A DNA stretch of 64,000 bases, from positions 8,215-72,214 of the forward strand of contig JAQBQH010000274.1 in the NCBI GenBank assembly GCA_028287105.1, given 5' to 3'. The position numbers and the translations under genes are program-made. Numbering within the stretch: position 1 is the stretch's first letter; the number at the start of each line of letters is the position of its first letter. Below are positions 27,791 to 38,192 of this stretch, piece after piece. The stretch is from Myxococcales bacterium (GTDB lineage: Bacteria > Myxococcota_A > Polyangia > Palsa-1104). Below the pieces are notes generated by a model. That model made no database searches, was not told where the DNA came from, and worked only from the letters and a program-made list of their open reading frames with translations.

Positions 27791-27806
27791 GTCCTGAAAT
27801 CAGGAC
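27791..27806. promoter_or_regulatory. Perfect 16-bp palindrome GTCCTGAAATCAGGAC
   Basis: Read directly. It lies 95 nt upstream of the activator start (27901) and about 220 nt upstream of the -24 element. Confidence 0.35.
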
Positions 27807-27900
27807 GGGTGCGGCGAAATGTCGCAGGCGATCTTGCACGCGCTCAAAGCGCTCGTCGAAAGCGACAGGCATGCGACGCGCGTGATATGGTCGACTGCCC

Positions 27901-29237
<1,337 letters not shown>

Positions 29238-29241
<4 letters not shown>

Positions 29242-29543
29242 CCAGAGCGGCGTTGCGGCGGCGCCAGCTCGTCGATGCGGCGCCACAGCTTGTACAGCGT
29301 CATGACGATGGTGGGGTCGTCGATGCCGCCTACGATGCGCAGCGCGCGCTCGCCATCGCGGGCCATGGTCGCCACGTCGTGCAGACCCATGATCGACGCT
29401 TCACCGGCGATGGTGTGCAGGTCGGCGGCGATCGACGGCGCCGCGTTGGCACCGTCGGCGATCAGCTTCGAGGCTCGCTCCAGCCGCTCGCGCGCGCTGG
29501 CGACGAAGCGGGGCAGGAACTTGGCGCGGATGTCGTCGATCAA
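29238..29543 (-). CDS. Stand-alone Hpt protein (paralog of 13009..13314)
   Basis: IAADLHTIAGEASIMGL Hpt motif. FLPRFVASARERL aligns with GRRFIHSARERL of the other copy. Confidence 0.75.
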
Positions 29544-29932
29544 CTCGGCTCTCCACCGGCGCCGATGATCTGCTGCACGCGCAGCACGATCGCCTCGGCC
29601 CCCATCTGCTTCGAGATGAATCCGTCGATGTCGGCGTCGGCGGCGCGCCGCTTGAGCTCGGCGTCGTCGAGCGTCGATAGAAGGTAGATGGGCGCGTCGA
29701 CCTCACGGGCGGCGCGCAACACCATCGCCACGTCGTCGCCGAACGCCTCCGGCATCTGCACGTCCATGAGCACCAGGTCTGGACGGTTGCGACTGCGATG
29801 CTCCTCGAGCTGCGTCAGGTTGTTGGCGATGAGCACCTCGTAGCCGGCCGCGTCGAGCGCCGCGCGCATCATGTCGAGCACCAGCGCGCTGTCGTCGACG
29901 ATGAGAATCTGTTTACGCCTGACCGCCATCAT
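29540..29932 (-). CDS. Single-domain response regulator (paralog of REC2 of 13311..14423)
   Basis: ILIVDDSALVLD ... LVLMDVQMPEAFGDDVA ... ISKQ, compared with LILLDVQMPEAYGDDVA in the fused copy. Confidence 0.85.
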   Translation of the reverse strand: MMAVRRKQILIVDDSALVLDMMRAALDAAGYEVLIANNLTQLEEHRSRNRPDLVLMDVQMPEAFGDDVAMVLRAAREVDAPIYLLSTLDDAELKRRAADADIDGFISKQMGAEAIVLRVQQIIGAGGEPS

Positions 29933-30651
29933 CGCTGCGCTCCGTGCGCGTTGAGCCGCTCGAGGGTGGCGAACAGATCTTTGAGCACCAGGGGCTTATC
30001 GAGAAACAGATCGGCGCCCGCCGCCAGGGTGGCGTCGCGGGCGGTCGGCCCACCGACGCTGACGGCGACGATCGGAACGTTGGCCAGCCGCGGCTCGGCC
30101 TTCATCCGCTGCACCAGCTGCGCGCCATCCAGCTCCGGTAGGAAATAGTCGACGATGGCGAGGTCGTAGGAGGCGCCGGCGAGCATCTTCCAGGCGCTGG
30201 CGCCATCCGCCGCGTGGTCGACGGTGACGTAGCCCGGCTTGCCGCGGAAGTACTTGCGGATGCCGTACGAGAACATGTCGCGAATGAGGTTGTTGTCCTC
30301 GACGAGGAGGACGTGGAAGCCCGCGAGCGCGTCGGCGGCCGGCTCCTCGGCGACCGTCGTGAGCACGGTGTGCAGCCGCTCGGCGTCGGTCGGTGAAGCC
30401 GGTTCGATCTCGAGCTCCAATCCCGACGGCTCGCCCGGCGCCGCCGACGTGGTGACCGAGGTGACACGGCCGATCACCTCGAACGGCTCGACCAGCCGCG
30501 GAAACGACAAGCGAACGAGCACTTCGGCGTTCACCGCGAGCTGGACGTCGGTCTCGATGAAGGCTTCATCGTTGGCCAGCTCGAGCGTGTGTGCGACGAA
30601 CGGGGCGTGCCCGTCGCACTGGACCTCGGCGCGCAAGAGGATCCGCTTCAT
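29929..30651 (-). CDS. PilZ-like domain + one receiver domain
   Basis: ATG 30649-30651 (MKRILLRAEV, RxxxR). REC is VLLVEDNNLIRDMFSY...LAIVDYFLPELDG...LDKP. Aligns along its length with the first two domains of 13311..14423. Confidence 0.75.
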   Translation of the reverse strand: MKRILLRAEVQCDGHAPFVAHTLELANDEAFIETDVQLAVNAEVLVRLSFPRLVEPFEVIGRVTSVTTSAAPGEPSGLELEIEPASPTDAERLHTVLTTVAEEPAADALAGFHVLLVEDNNLIRDMFSYGIRKYFRGKPGYVTVDHAADGASAWKMLAGASYDLAIVDYFLPELDGAQLVQRMKAEPRLANVPIVAVSVGGPTARDATLAAGADLFLDKPLVLKDLFATLERLNAHGAQR

Positions 30652-31025
30652 CGTGGGCTCCCAGGAAGAAGAAAGCGTCCAACCGACTGCGCCAGCGCGT
30701 GCGCGTTCGAGGTCTTGGCGATGAAGCCGGCGGCGCCGCAGTCCTTTGCCAGGGCGGACAGCTCGCCCGCGGGCCGGTCGGAGAAGAGGACGATCGGACA
30801 GCGATGGAGATTGTGCTGGCGCGTCACCGTGACGATGTGGTTGCCGGAGAGCGCGGGCATCGAGACATCGAGCAGTACCAGGTCCGGCTTCTCGCGGCCG
30901 AGCGCGCGGCTCAACCCGAGCCCTGATTCGAGCGTGACGACTTCGTAACCAAATCCCTCGAGCATCATGCGCGTGAGGTCGCGACACAGGTCACTGTCGT
31001 CGACCACGAGGATCTTCTGCGGCAT
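30648..31025 (-). CDS. Single-domain response regulator (paralog of 18606..18974)
   Basis: ATG 31023-31025. KILVVDDSDLCRD...LVLLDVSMPALSG...CPIVLFSDRPAGEL...FIAK. Confidence 0.85.
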   Translation of the reverse strand: MPQKILVVDDSDLCRDLTRMMLEGFGYEVVTLESGLGLSRALGREKPDLVLLDVSMPALSGNHIVTVTRQHNLHRCPIVLFSDRPAGELSALAKDCGAAGFIAKTSNAHALAQSVGRFLLPGSPR

Positions 31026-31203
31026 TCTGGGCGCCTCCACCGATCGCGTGATCGGTGCGAGTCGATTGTGCACGGATTGGCGCGCACTATTCAGTATCAA
31101 CACGCACGAATATTTACCGCGGTATAACGTGGGTGTTGGGTGGCTTCGCACCGACGTGCGGCAATTTGTCGCAGCGCTGATCCGCCGCACGCGCGACGGC
31201 GCT

Positions 31204-32802
31204 TCAGGGGCCGTTCTTGCGGACCCAGAGGCGAGCGCGGTCGGTGACGAGCTGGCCGGTGGTCGAGTCGGCGAAGGCGGGGATCCCCGACGTGGGGCTG
31301 TAGCTTTGCGCGGCGCCGACTGCGAACCACCAGCACCCCAGCGTGTCGCCGTCGAGCGCCGCGAACGCGCCGCGCTGGGCCAGCCCGAGGAACGCGCTGC
31401 AGCCCACCTGATTGGTCGGCGACATGACGACGTTCGAGAGGGTGCCGCCGGCGCCCGAGAGCGGATCGGCGCTCTGCTTCCACTGCACGCTCGCGCTCTC
31501 GGTCTGCCCGAAGGTGAGGCGGAGCTCGAAGACGCCGCCGCTGCTCGCGAAGAGCGACAGCCGATTCAGGATGCCCCACTGCCCGCCGTTGGGCGCGGTG
31601 GTGTTGACGCCCGCGAGCCAGGTCGCGGCGGGGAGGTAGCCGAGCGCGACGTCTTGATCGTTGAGCTCGGTCCAGCCGCCGTTGGTCATGTCGCAGTAGA
31701 CCTGCATGCCGCTGACGCCGCCGGCGCCGTCGGGATCGACGCTGTAGATGCCGTTGCCGGGGGTGCCGCCGTGGGTGAGGATGTCGTAGCAGTCGGCGCG
31801 CAGGTTCTGGCAGGTGGCTCCGAAGTAGCCGGCCTCGCACGCGCTGCACGTCGACGAGTCGGTGCAGCTGGTGCAGTGCGCGGGACAGGCGGTGCACACG
31901 GTGTCGCTCGTCGGGGTGCAGGCGGCGGCCTGGAACGTCGCGCCGCTACAGACGCTGCAGGTGCTGCAGACGCGATCGCTGGTGGCGCCGCAGGCCGCGC
32001 TCTGATATTTGCCGCTCGGGCACATGCCGGAGCAGGCCGCGCAGCTGTCGCTGACGCCGTCGACGAGGTAGTAGCTCGCGGCGCAGGCGGCGCACTGCTG
32101 GTCGCTCGCGGAGCTGCAGGTGGGCGTCGTCGCGCAGTGGGCGATCGCGGTGCAGCCGCTGCAGACGCGGTTGCTGGTGGCGGCGCAGGCCGCGCTCTGA
32201 TACTGGCCGGACGGGCAGCCGACGGAGCAGGCGGCGCAGCTGTCGGCCGCGCCGTCGACGACGTAGTAGCTCGCGTCGCAGGACGCGCACTGCTGATCGC
32301 CGGCGGAGGTGCAGGTGGGGGCGGCGGCGCAGTGCGCGATCGAGCTGCAGGCGCTGCACACGCGGTCGCTGGTGGCGGTGCACGCTCCGCTCTCGTACTC
32401 GGTCGCGGCGCAGCTGGTGCACGCGCTGCAGACGCGATCGACGGTGGCGCTGCAGGCGCCGGTCTCATGGGTGCCGGCGGCGCAGCTGGTGCAGGGCGCG
32501 CAGCTGAGGCCGGTGCCGGTGTAGCCGGCGGCGCAGGCGCAGCTGAACGCGCCGGTGCTATTGGTGCAGGTCGCGTGCGCGTCGCAGCTGTGGGTGCCGG
32601 CGGCGCACTCGTCGATGTCGGCGCACACGCTGCCGTCGCCGGCCGGGTCGGAGTAGCTCGCGGGACAGGTGCAGCGCGCCACGCCGCTCGCTTCGCTGCA
32701 GGTGGCGAGCGGGTCGCAGGTCAGCGTGGCGCACGTCGGTGCGGTCGGCTCCGAGCACGCCGCGGCCAGCAGAAGGCCAAGCAGGCAGATGGGTTTCAAC
32801 AA
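31204..32802 (-). CDS. Lipoprotein with a Ca-binding EGF-like domain, TNFR/ephrin-receptor-like Cys-rich repeats and a C-terminal fibrinogen-related domain
   Basis: Signal LLLAAAC. DIDECAAGTHSCDAHATCTNSTGAFSCACAAGYTG (EGF-CA). About 8 repeats of C..C..G.Y.....C.ATSDRVC. Then ADCYDILTHGGTPGNGIYSVDPDGAGGVSGMQVYCDMTNGGWT ... GCWWF (FReD-like). Confidence 0.75.
   Translation of the reverse strand: MLKPICLLGLLLAAACSEPTAPTCATLTCDPLATCSEASGVARCTCPASYSDPAGDGSVCADIDECAAGTHSCDAHATCTNSTGAFSCACAAGYTGTGLSCAPCTSCAAGTHETGACSATVDRVCSACTSCAATEYESGACTATSDRVCSACSSIAHCAAAPTCTSAGDQQCASCDASYYVVDGAADSCAACSVGCPSGQYQSAACAATSNRVCSGCTAIAHCATTPTCSSASDQQCAACAASYYLVDGVSDSCAACSGMCPSGKYQSAACGATSDRVCSTCSVCSGATFQAAACTPTSDTVCTACPAHCTSCTDSSTCSACEAGYFGATCQNLRADCYDILTHGGTPGNGIYSVDPDGAGGVSGMQVYCDMTNGGWTELNDQDVALGYLPAATWLAGVNTTAPNGGQWGILNRLSLFASSGGVFELRLTFGQTESASVQWKQSADPLSGAGGTLSNVVMSPTNQVGCSAFLGLAQRGAFAALDGDTLGCWWFAVGAAQSYSPTSGIPAFADSTTGQLVTDRARLWVRKNGP
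31969..32358 (-). repeat. Tandem duplication, 2 x 195 nt (2 x 65 aa Cys-rich unit), inside the CDS
   Basis: CSACSSIAHCAAAPTCTSAGDQQCASCDASYYVVDGAADSCAACSVGCPSGQYQSAACAATSNRV is followed by CSGCTAIAHCATTPTCSSASDQQCAACAASYYLVDGVSDSCAACSGMCPSGKYQSAACGATSDRV. By eye roughly 80% nucleotide identity. Confidence 0.8.
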
Positions 32803-32842
32803 CTCATTTTACCATTGTCGCGGCCAGCGACAACATGCGCCA

Positions 32843-33841
32843 CTAGCGACCCGAGTAGACGACGCTGACGTTGCTGAAGCCCCCGTTGGAAAGGTTGGTC
32901 TGGGTCGAGGCCGTGCCGTTCCGGTTGAACGTGAACGTGCCCTGATTGTTCTGCGCGGCCTGCGTGGCGTTGCTGTCGGCGAGCTCCATGCGGATCGTGT
33001 AGATCCCGTCGGCGGGGGCCGACAGCGGCGGCGCGGGCGACTGGCGCGAGGTCAGATCCCACTTGGCGGTCAGCGTTCCGTAGGCGGCGTTGGTGGCGCC
33101 CGACACTGCGTCGACGTCGGCGTTGCCGGCCTTGGTCACCCAGCCGACCAGCTTTCCGCGCCGCGTGTTGGCCCAGCGTCCCACCGTCTTGACGAAGGTG
33201 CCGCCGGGCCCTTCGATCCACACCGCGACCACGTTCTTCGGATCGTACGGCGAGGCGCCGGCCGAGGGAGACGCGGAGGTGGTGAAGGTCAGCGTGACGA
33301 GCTCCGAAGATTTCATGTCCGTCCCGCTCGGGGTCGAGGCCATGTCGGCAGGTGCCGGCAGACCGGACGCCGAGTACGGCGCACCGGCGTCGAGCCATGC
33401 CTGCCAGCGCTGATAGGTAGGGTCGGCCGGGGAGGCGAAGGGCTTGGTTCCGCCGTGCGAGACGCTGCCCTGGAGCGGCTTGGTCAACAGGAGCGAAGCG
33501 GCGCCGCCGGACAGGCAGTCGAGCGTGGTGCAGTCGACACGAATGTTGGTGTAGTTGCTCATCCAGTCGGCGGCGGCGGCGGGCATCGCCGTGATGAGCG
33601 GCGAAGCGGAGCCGCCGTGGCAGGCGGAGGCGGTGCAGCCGAGCGTATCGAGGTCGTGCTGGATGTCGGGGGCGAAGTAGGCCGGCGCTTTGCCGCCGGT
33701 TGCGGGGTCGCTGGCGAGATCGCTCGACGCGGCAGCCATGTCCGGGCCGGCGGTGGAGCTGTTGTCGAAGGATCCGAGACAGCCGCCGGCGGCCAGCGCC
33801 AGACCGAGCGGTACGCCGAGCCGCGCGAGGGAGGAGAGCAT
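32843..33841 (-). CDS. Lipoprotein: N-terminal CX4CH (cytochrome-c-like?) domain + C-terminal DUF2271-like domain with a flavinylation motif
   Basis: ATG 33839-33841 (MLSSLARLGVPLGLALAAGGC). GCTASACHGG at 33617-33637. VVAVWIEGPGGTFVKTVGRW...DVDAVSGATNAAYG (D-x-x-S-G-A-T at 33092-33112) ...GIYTIRMEL. Confidence 0.7.
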   Translation of the reverse strand: MLSSLARLGVPLGLALAAGGCLGSFDNSSTAGPDMAAASSDLASDPATGGKAPAYFAPDIQHDLDTLGCTASACHGGSASPLITAMPAAAADWMSNYTNIRVDCTTLDCLSGGAASLLLTKPLQGSVSHGGTKPFASPADPTYQRWQAWLDAGAPYSASGLPAPADMASTPSGTDMKSSELVTLTFTTSASPSAGASPYDPKNVVAVWIEGPGGTFVKTVGRWANTRRGKLVGWVTKAGNADVDAVSGATNAAYGTLTAKWDLTSRQSPAPPLSAPADGIYTIRMELADSNATQAAQNNQGTFTFNRNGTASTQTNLSNGGFSNVSVVYSGR

Positions 33842-34004
33842 TCGGGCTCGAAATGCACCGATCAGGCCAGCGGATCGCGTGGCGTAACGCGAAGAAATGA
33901 TTGGTCGGTGGGTGAGAGTATCGTCGACGAGTGGGCGCCGATTCCCCCAGGGCCGATGTCTGGCGTGCGCACACCCGCGACCGCGATCATGCTTATCGAA
34001 ACGC

Positions 34005-34208
34005 ATGAAAGTCCTTGCCCTCTTCGTCATCGCCATCGCTCCGCTCGCCGGCTGCAGCTCGGTCAAGCCGTACCAGCGAGAGTGGCTCTCACAGCCGGGG
34101 ATGAGCTTCGACTCGGCGTCGGCGAACGCCGACCAGCACGTCCTCGAATCTCGCGAAGCCTCGTTCGGCGGCTACGGCGCGACCGGCGGCGGCTGCGGCT
34201 GCAACTAG
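34005..34208 (+). CDS. DUF4266 lipoprotein
   Basis: MKVLALFVIAIAPLAGCSSVKPYQREWL...ESREASFGGYGATGGGCGCN. The GGGCGCN C-terminus is the family hallmark as I recall it. Confidence 0.75.
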   Translation: MKVLALFVIAIAPLAGCSSVKPYQREWLSQPGMSFDSASANADQHVLESREASFGGYGATGGGCGCN

Positions 34209-34209
34209 A

Positions 34210-35433
34210 TCAGAAGCGCCCCGAAGCGGACAGCCCGAGCAGGATCGCGCTCGCCCATCCCTGCGTGCGCGCCACGTTCGGCGGGTCCGGCGTCAGGGCG
34301 AAGACCTTGGTCCAGTTGACCAGCACGCTCGCATCCATGTCGGTGAACGCGCGCCAGTAGCGCGTCGCTTTGTAGCCGGCCCAGGTCGCGCGCGCGCCGA
34401 GGAGCAGGTCGGCGAGCGGCGCCAGCGCCTGATCGGCGGTGAAGAAGCTGCCGACCGGACCGCTGCGATCGTACGAGTCGGCGGCGGTCACGTCGCGGAA
34501 GAAGATCGCTCCCGACTGCACGTAGCCGCGTGCGCGCACGCCGAACCGCCACGCCGGGCGCGCCTGACGAAACGGCTGCTCGTAGCTCGCCTCTCCGGTC
34601 AGCGATTGGATGCCCCAGGTGTCGCGATAGAGGCGCAGATCGAAACCGAGCGTGCCGTGCACCTCGGCGATCGCGTAGCGGACGCGCGCAGTGACGGCGC
34701 CGCGGTCGCGCACGCGAGGATGCGACTCCTGCGCCAGGAACAGGCCGCCAGACAAGCGCACCGTGCGGTAGGGGTTCGACTGAAAACCGGACAGGTGTTG
34801 GTAGCTGCCGACGAGGGTGCCGGCCCAGCGCGGGCTGAGGGTCTGCACCCACGAGAGCTCGGCGCTGTCGATGCCGACGCTCTCCTCGGTGAGTTGCGGA
34901 TTTCCCGAGAAGCAGCCGGTGGAGCGGTCGAGCGGCTGTCTGAGCGTCACCGCCAGGCTCTCTTGATTGGCGAGGTTGCAGACGGAGTCGAAGCCGTGGC
35001 TGTAGCTGGCCGCGAGGACCGTGTTGTGCTGCAGCAGATCGGCCTTGAGATTGGCGCGCAACAGGTGCGATCGGTAGTCGCTTTCGTTGCCGAAGGAATA
35101 GCCGCCGAGGAGCGTGAGCATGCGCCAGGTCGCCTCGGCGGCGACGCCGACGAGGTTGCGCGTTTCGCTGAACTGGGTCGCGGCGCTGATGACGTCGGCG
35201 GGGCCGTAGGTGCGCGGCGTGGCGCCGGTGACGACGTCGGCGAGCCACTCGGCGTCGAACGCGAGCCAGCCAGTGGCGTTGACGTGCGCCGACGCCGAGG
35301 GCGTGATGACGACGAGCGTGTCGCCGGGCGCCGGCTGTACGTACAGCTGTAGCGCGGCGTGCGCGTCGCCGCGGTCGTCGGCGCGCACGCGACCGCCGAG
35401 GAGCAAGAGGCCGGCCAGGACCAGGCGCTTCAC
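34210..35433 (-). CDS. DUF3570-like outer-membrane beta-barrel protein
   Basis: GTG 35431-35433 (VKRLVLAGLLLLGG signal). ADVVTGAT, FSETRN, YSFGNESDYRS, LLQHNTVLAASYSHGFDSV. Alternating-residue strands; terminal F. Confidence 0.7.
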   Translation of the reverse strand: MKRLVLAGLLLLGGRVRADDRGDAHAALQLYVQPAPGDTLVVITPSASAHVNATGWLAFDAEWLADVVTGATPRTYGPADVISAATQFSETRNLVGVAAEATWRMLTLLGGYSFGNESDYRSHLLRANLKADLLQHNTVLAASYSHGFDSVCNLANQESLAVTLRQPLDRSTGCFSGNPQLTEESVGIDSAELSWVQTLSPRWAGTLVGSYQHLSGFQSNPYRTVRLSGGLFLAQESHPRVRDRGAVTARVRYAIAEVHGTLGFDLRLYRDTWGIQSLTGEASYEQPFRQARPAWRFGVRARGYVQSGAIFFRDVTAADSYDRSGPVGSFFTADQALAPLADLLLGARATWAGYKATRYWRAFTDMDASVLVNWTKVFALTPDPPNVARTQGWASAILLGLSASGRF

Positions 35434-35891
35434 GGCCGCGCCACCCACGTCTCGAGGAGCGTGGCTGCCGTCGCCCGATCGAGCACTACCGGACCCGGCG
35501 GATGGAGGTTGCCGAGCCCCTCGGGGACGGTGAGCAGCCGACTCTCGAGCGGCGCATCGCAGCGGACGAGGTGAATCGCGGAGAGATAGGTCTCGCGCCA
35601 GCTCGGGTCCCACGCCTCGAGCGGCAGTCCCGGCGTCGGCGCGGGCGTCTGCAAGGTGCGCAGCCGCAGGACGCCGTGGCCGTCATCGAAGGAGTGACAG
35701 CCGGAGCTGCCACACTGATTTGGGACGAAATAGCGCGGGTAGATGTCGGAGACGAAGAAGTCGCGCGATGGCGCGCACGGCGCAGCGTCGGGCGGCGCCC
35801 CGGTGGCGATGGTGCATGCGGCGGTGGCGCAGAGGGCCGTGGTGCAGAGGAGGAGGGCCGCCCAGCGCATCGGATGAACACATCTAGGCAC
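35430..35891 (-). CDS. Secreted/lipoprotein with CX4CH motif (paralog of the N-domain of 32843..33841)
   Basis: DIYPRYFVPNQCGSSGCHSFDDGHGVLRL (35694-35714), compared with DIQHDLDTLGCTASACHGGSASPLI. ATG 35870 (MRWAALLLCTTALCATAAC) is an alternative start. GTGA overlap with DUF3570. Confidence 0.6.
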   Translation of the reverse strand: MPRCVHPMRWAALLLCTTALCATAACTIATGAPPDAAPCAPSRDFFVSDIYPRYFVPNQCGSSGCHSFDDGHGVLRLRTLQTPAPTPGLPLEAWDPSWRETYLSAIHLVRCDAPLESRLLTVPEGLGNLHPPGPVVLDRATAATLLETWVARP

Positions 35892-35901
35892 GGGGCTGTG
35901 C

Positions 35902-36348
35902 GTGTCTATGATGACGGGGATGCGTTCCTGCTCGCGTCGTCAGTTTCATGGGCTCGTGCTGGCCGGCGCCGGGTTTGCGGTGCTCGGCTGCAACCAGGGT
36001 GCGGCGCCGGATGGAACGGTGGCGGCCGCAATGGGGCGGGTCACGTTGCCGTTCGCGATGTTCCCCAAGCTGGGGGCCGTCGGTGGCAGCGTCGTCGTCG
36101 ACGTCACCGGAGAATTCCCTATCGTGGTCGTGCGCACCAGCGACACGGCGGCGACTGCGCTCAGCGCCACGTGCACGCACGCGGCCTGTCTGGTGGACTA
36201 TGCGGCGGCGGCGAACGACCTCCACTGTCCGTGTCACGACGCCAACTTCGCGCTCGACGGCAGCGTCAAGAACGGGCCGACGATCATCCCGCTGCCGGTG
36301 TACCCGGCGCAGGTGGGCGCCGACGCGATCGTCGTCAATCTGACGTAG
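35902..36348 (+). CDS. Tat-exported Rieske [2Fe-2S] lipoprotein
   Basis: SRRQFHGLVLAGAGFAVLGC (twin-Arg signal plus lipobox). CTHAAC ... CPCHDANF Rieske ligands. Confidence 0.8.
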   Translation: MSMMTGMRSCSRRQFHGLVLAGAGFAVLGCNQGAAPDGTVAAAMGRVTLPFAMFPKLGAVGGSVVVDVTGEFPIVVVRTSDTAATALSATCTHAACLVDYAAAANDLHCPCHDANFALDGSVKNGPTIIPLPVYPAQVGADAIVVNLT

Positions 36349-36357
36349 GCGGTCAGC

Positions 36358-37380
<1,023 letters not shown>

Positions 37381-37433
37381 CGCCGCGGGCCCTCAGGAAT
37401 GAGCGCGCGCGTACGAGAGGCGCTTCGACTCCC

Positions 37434-38177
37434 TCAGAAGCTCGTCAGACTCCGCCAGACCTTCTTCATCCGCGACGAATCGATTGCATACAGTCCGGAG
37501 GCCACCGTGCACAGCGCCGAGCCGCTGAGCGACGTGGCCAAGAGCGCGATGCTCTGATCGTGCGGATTGATGTAGTCGGTAAAGGCCATGAAGTAGCCCG
37601 CGGCGATGGCGACCACTCCGATGACGCCGACGACGGTGCCGGCGATGTAGACGCCCCGGCCCGGATCGGCGTCGAGCTCTCCGAGGATCCGGTGCTGCCA
37701 TCCGAGCCCGCCCGCCGACATGGTGAAGCCGGCCACCGACGCCGCCGACGCGGCATACGCCAGCACGGGCCCGGTGTCGGTCGGCCTGGCCGGATGGAGG
37801 AAGTCATTGGCGGTCGGCGGATATCCGGTGGCCAGGATGTAGATGGTGCTCGACAGCGATAGCCCCGTGCTGATGAGGCCGGTGGCGCCGCCGATCACCT
37901 GAAGCGCGCGCGCGCCACGCCACCTGGAGACGGTGCCGTCGGGCAATGGCCGCGGTCCGGGGCTCGACACCGTCGGCGGAGGAGCCATCAGCGTCGTCGG
38001 CTGCGGGGGCGTCAACATGGGCGGGGGCGTTTCGCCGGCCGAGGAGGGCGGCGCGGGCGGTGCCGGCGTTGCGGGCGGCGCGGGCGGCGCGGGCGGCGCG
38101 GGCGGTTCCTGCGCGACCGCGTCCACCGTTAGCCCCAGCCCCAGCCCCAGCACCAGCGCCATCCACAGGACACGCAT
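37434..38177 (-). CDS. Secreted proline-rich membrane protein, unknown function
   Basis: Signal MRVLWMALVLGLGLGLTVDAVAQ, (PAPPA)n, then about 4 hydrophobic segments. C-terminal SRMKKVWRSLTSF. Confidence 0.6.
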   Translation of the reverse strand: MRVLWMALVLGLGLGLTVDAVAQEPPAPPAPPAPPATPAPPAPPSSAGETPPPMLTPPQPTTLMAPPPTVSSPGPRPLPDGTVSRWRGARALQVIGGATGLISTGLSLSSTIYILATGYPPTANDFLHPARPTDTGPVLAYAASAASVAGFTMSAGGLGWQHRILGELDADPGRGVYIAGTVVGVIGVVAIAAGYFMAFTDYINPHDQSIALLATSLSGSALCTVASGLYAIDSSRMKKVWRSLTSF

Positions 38178-38192
38178 CTCGGCACCATAGCA

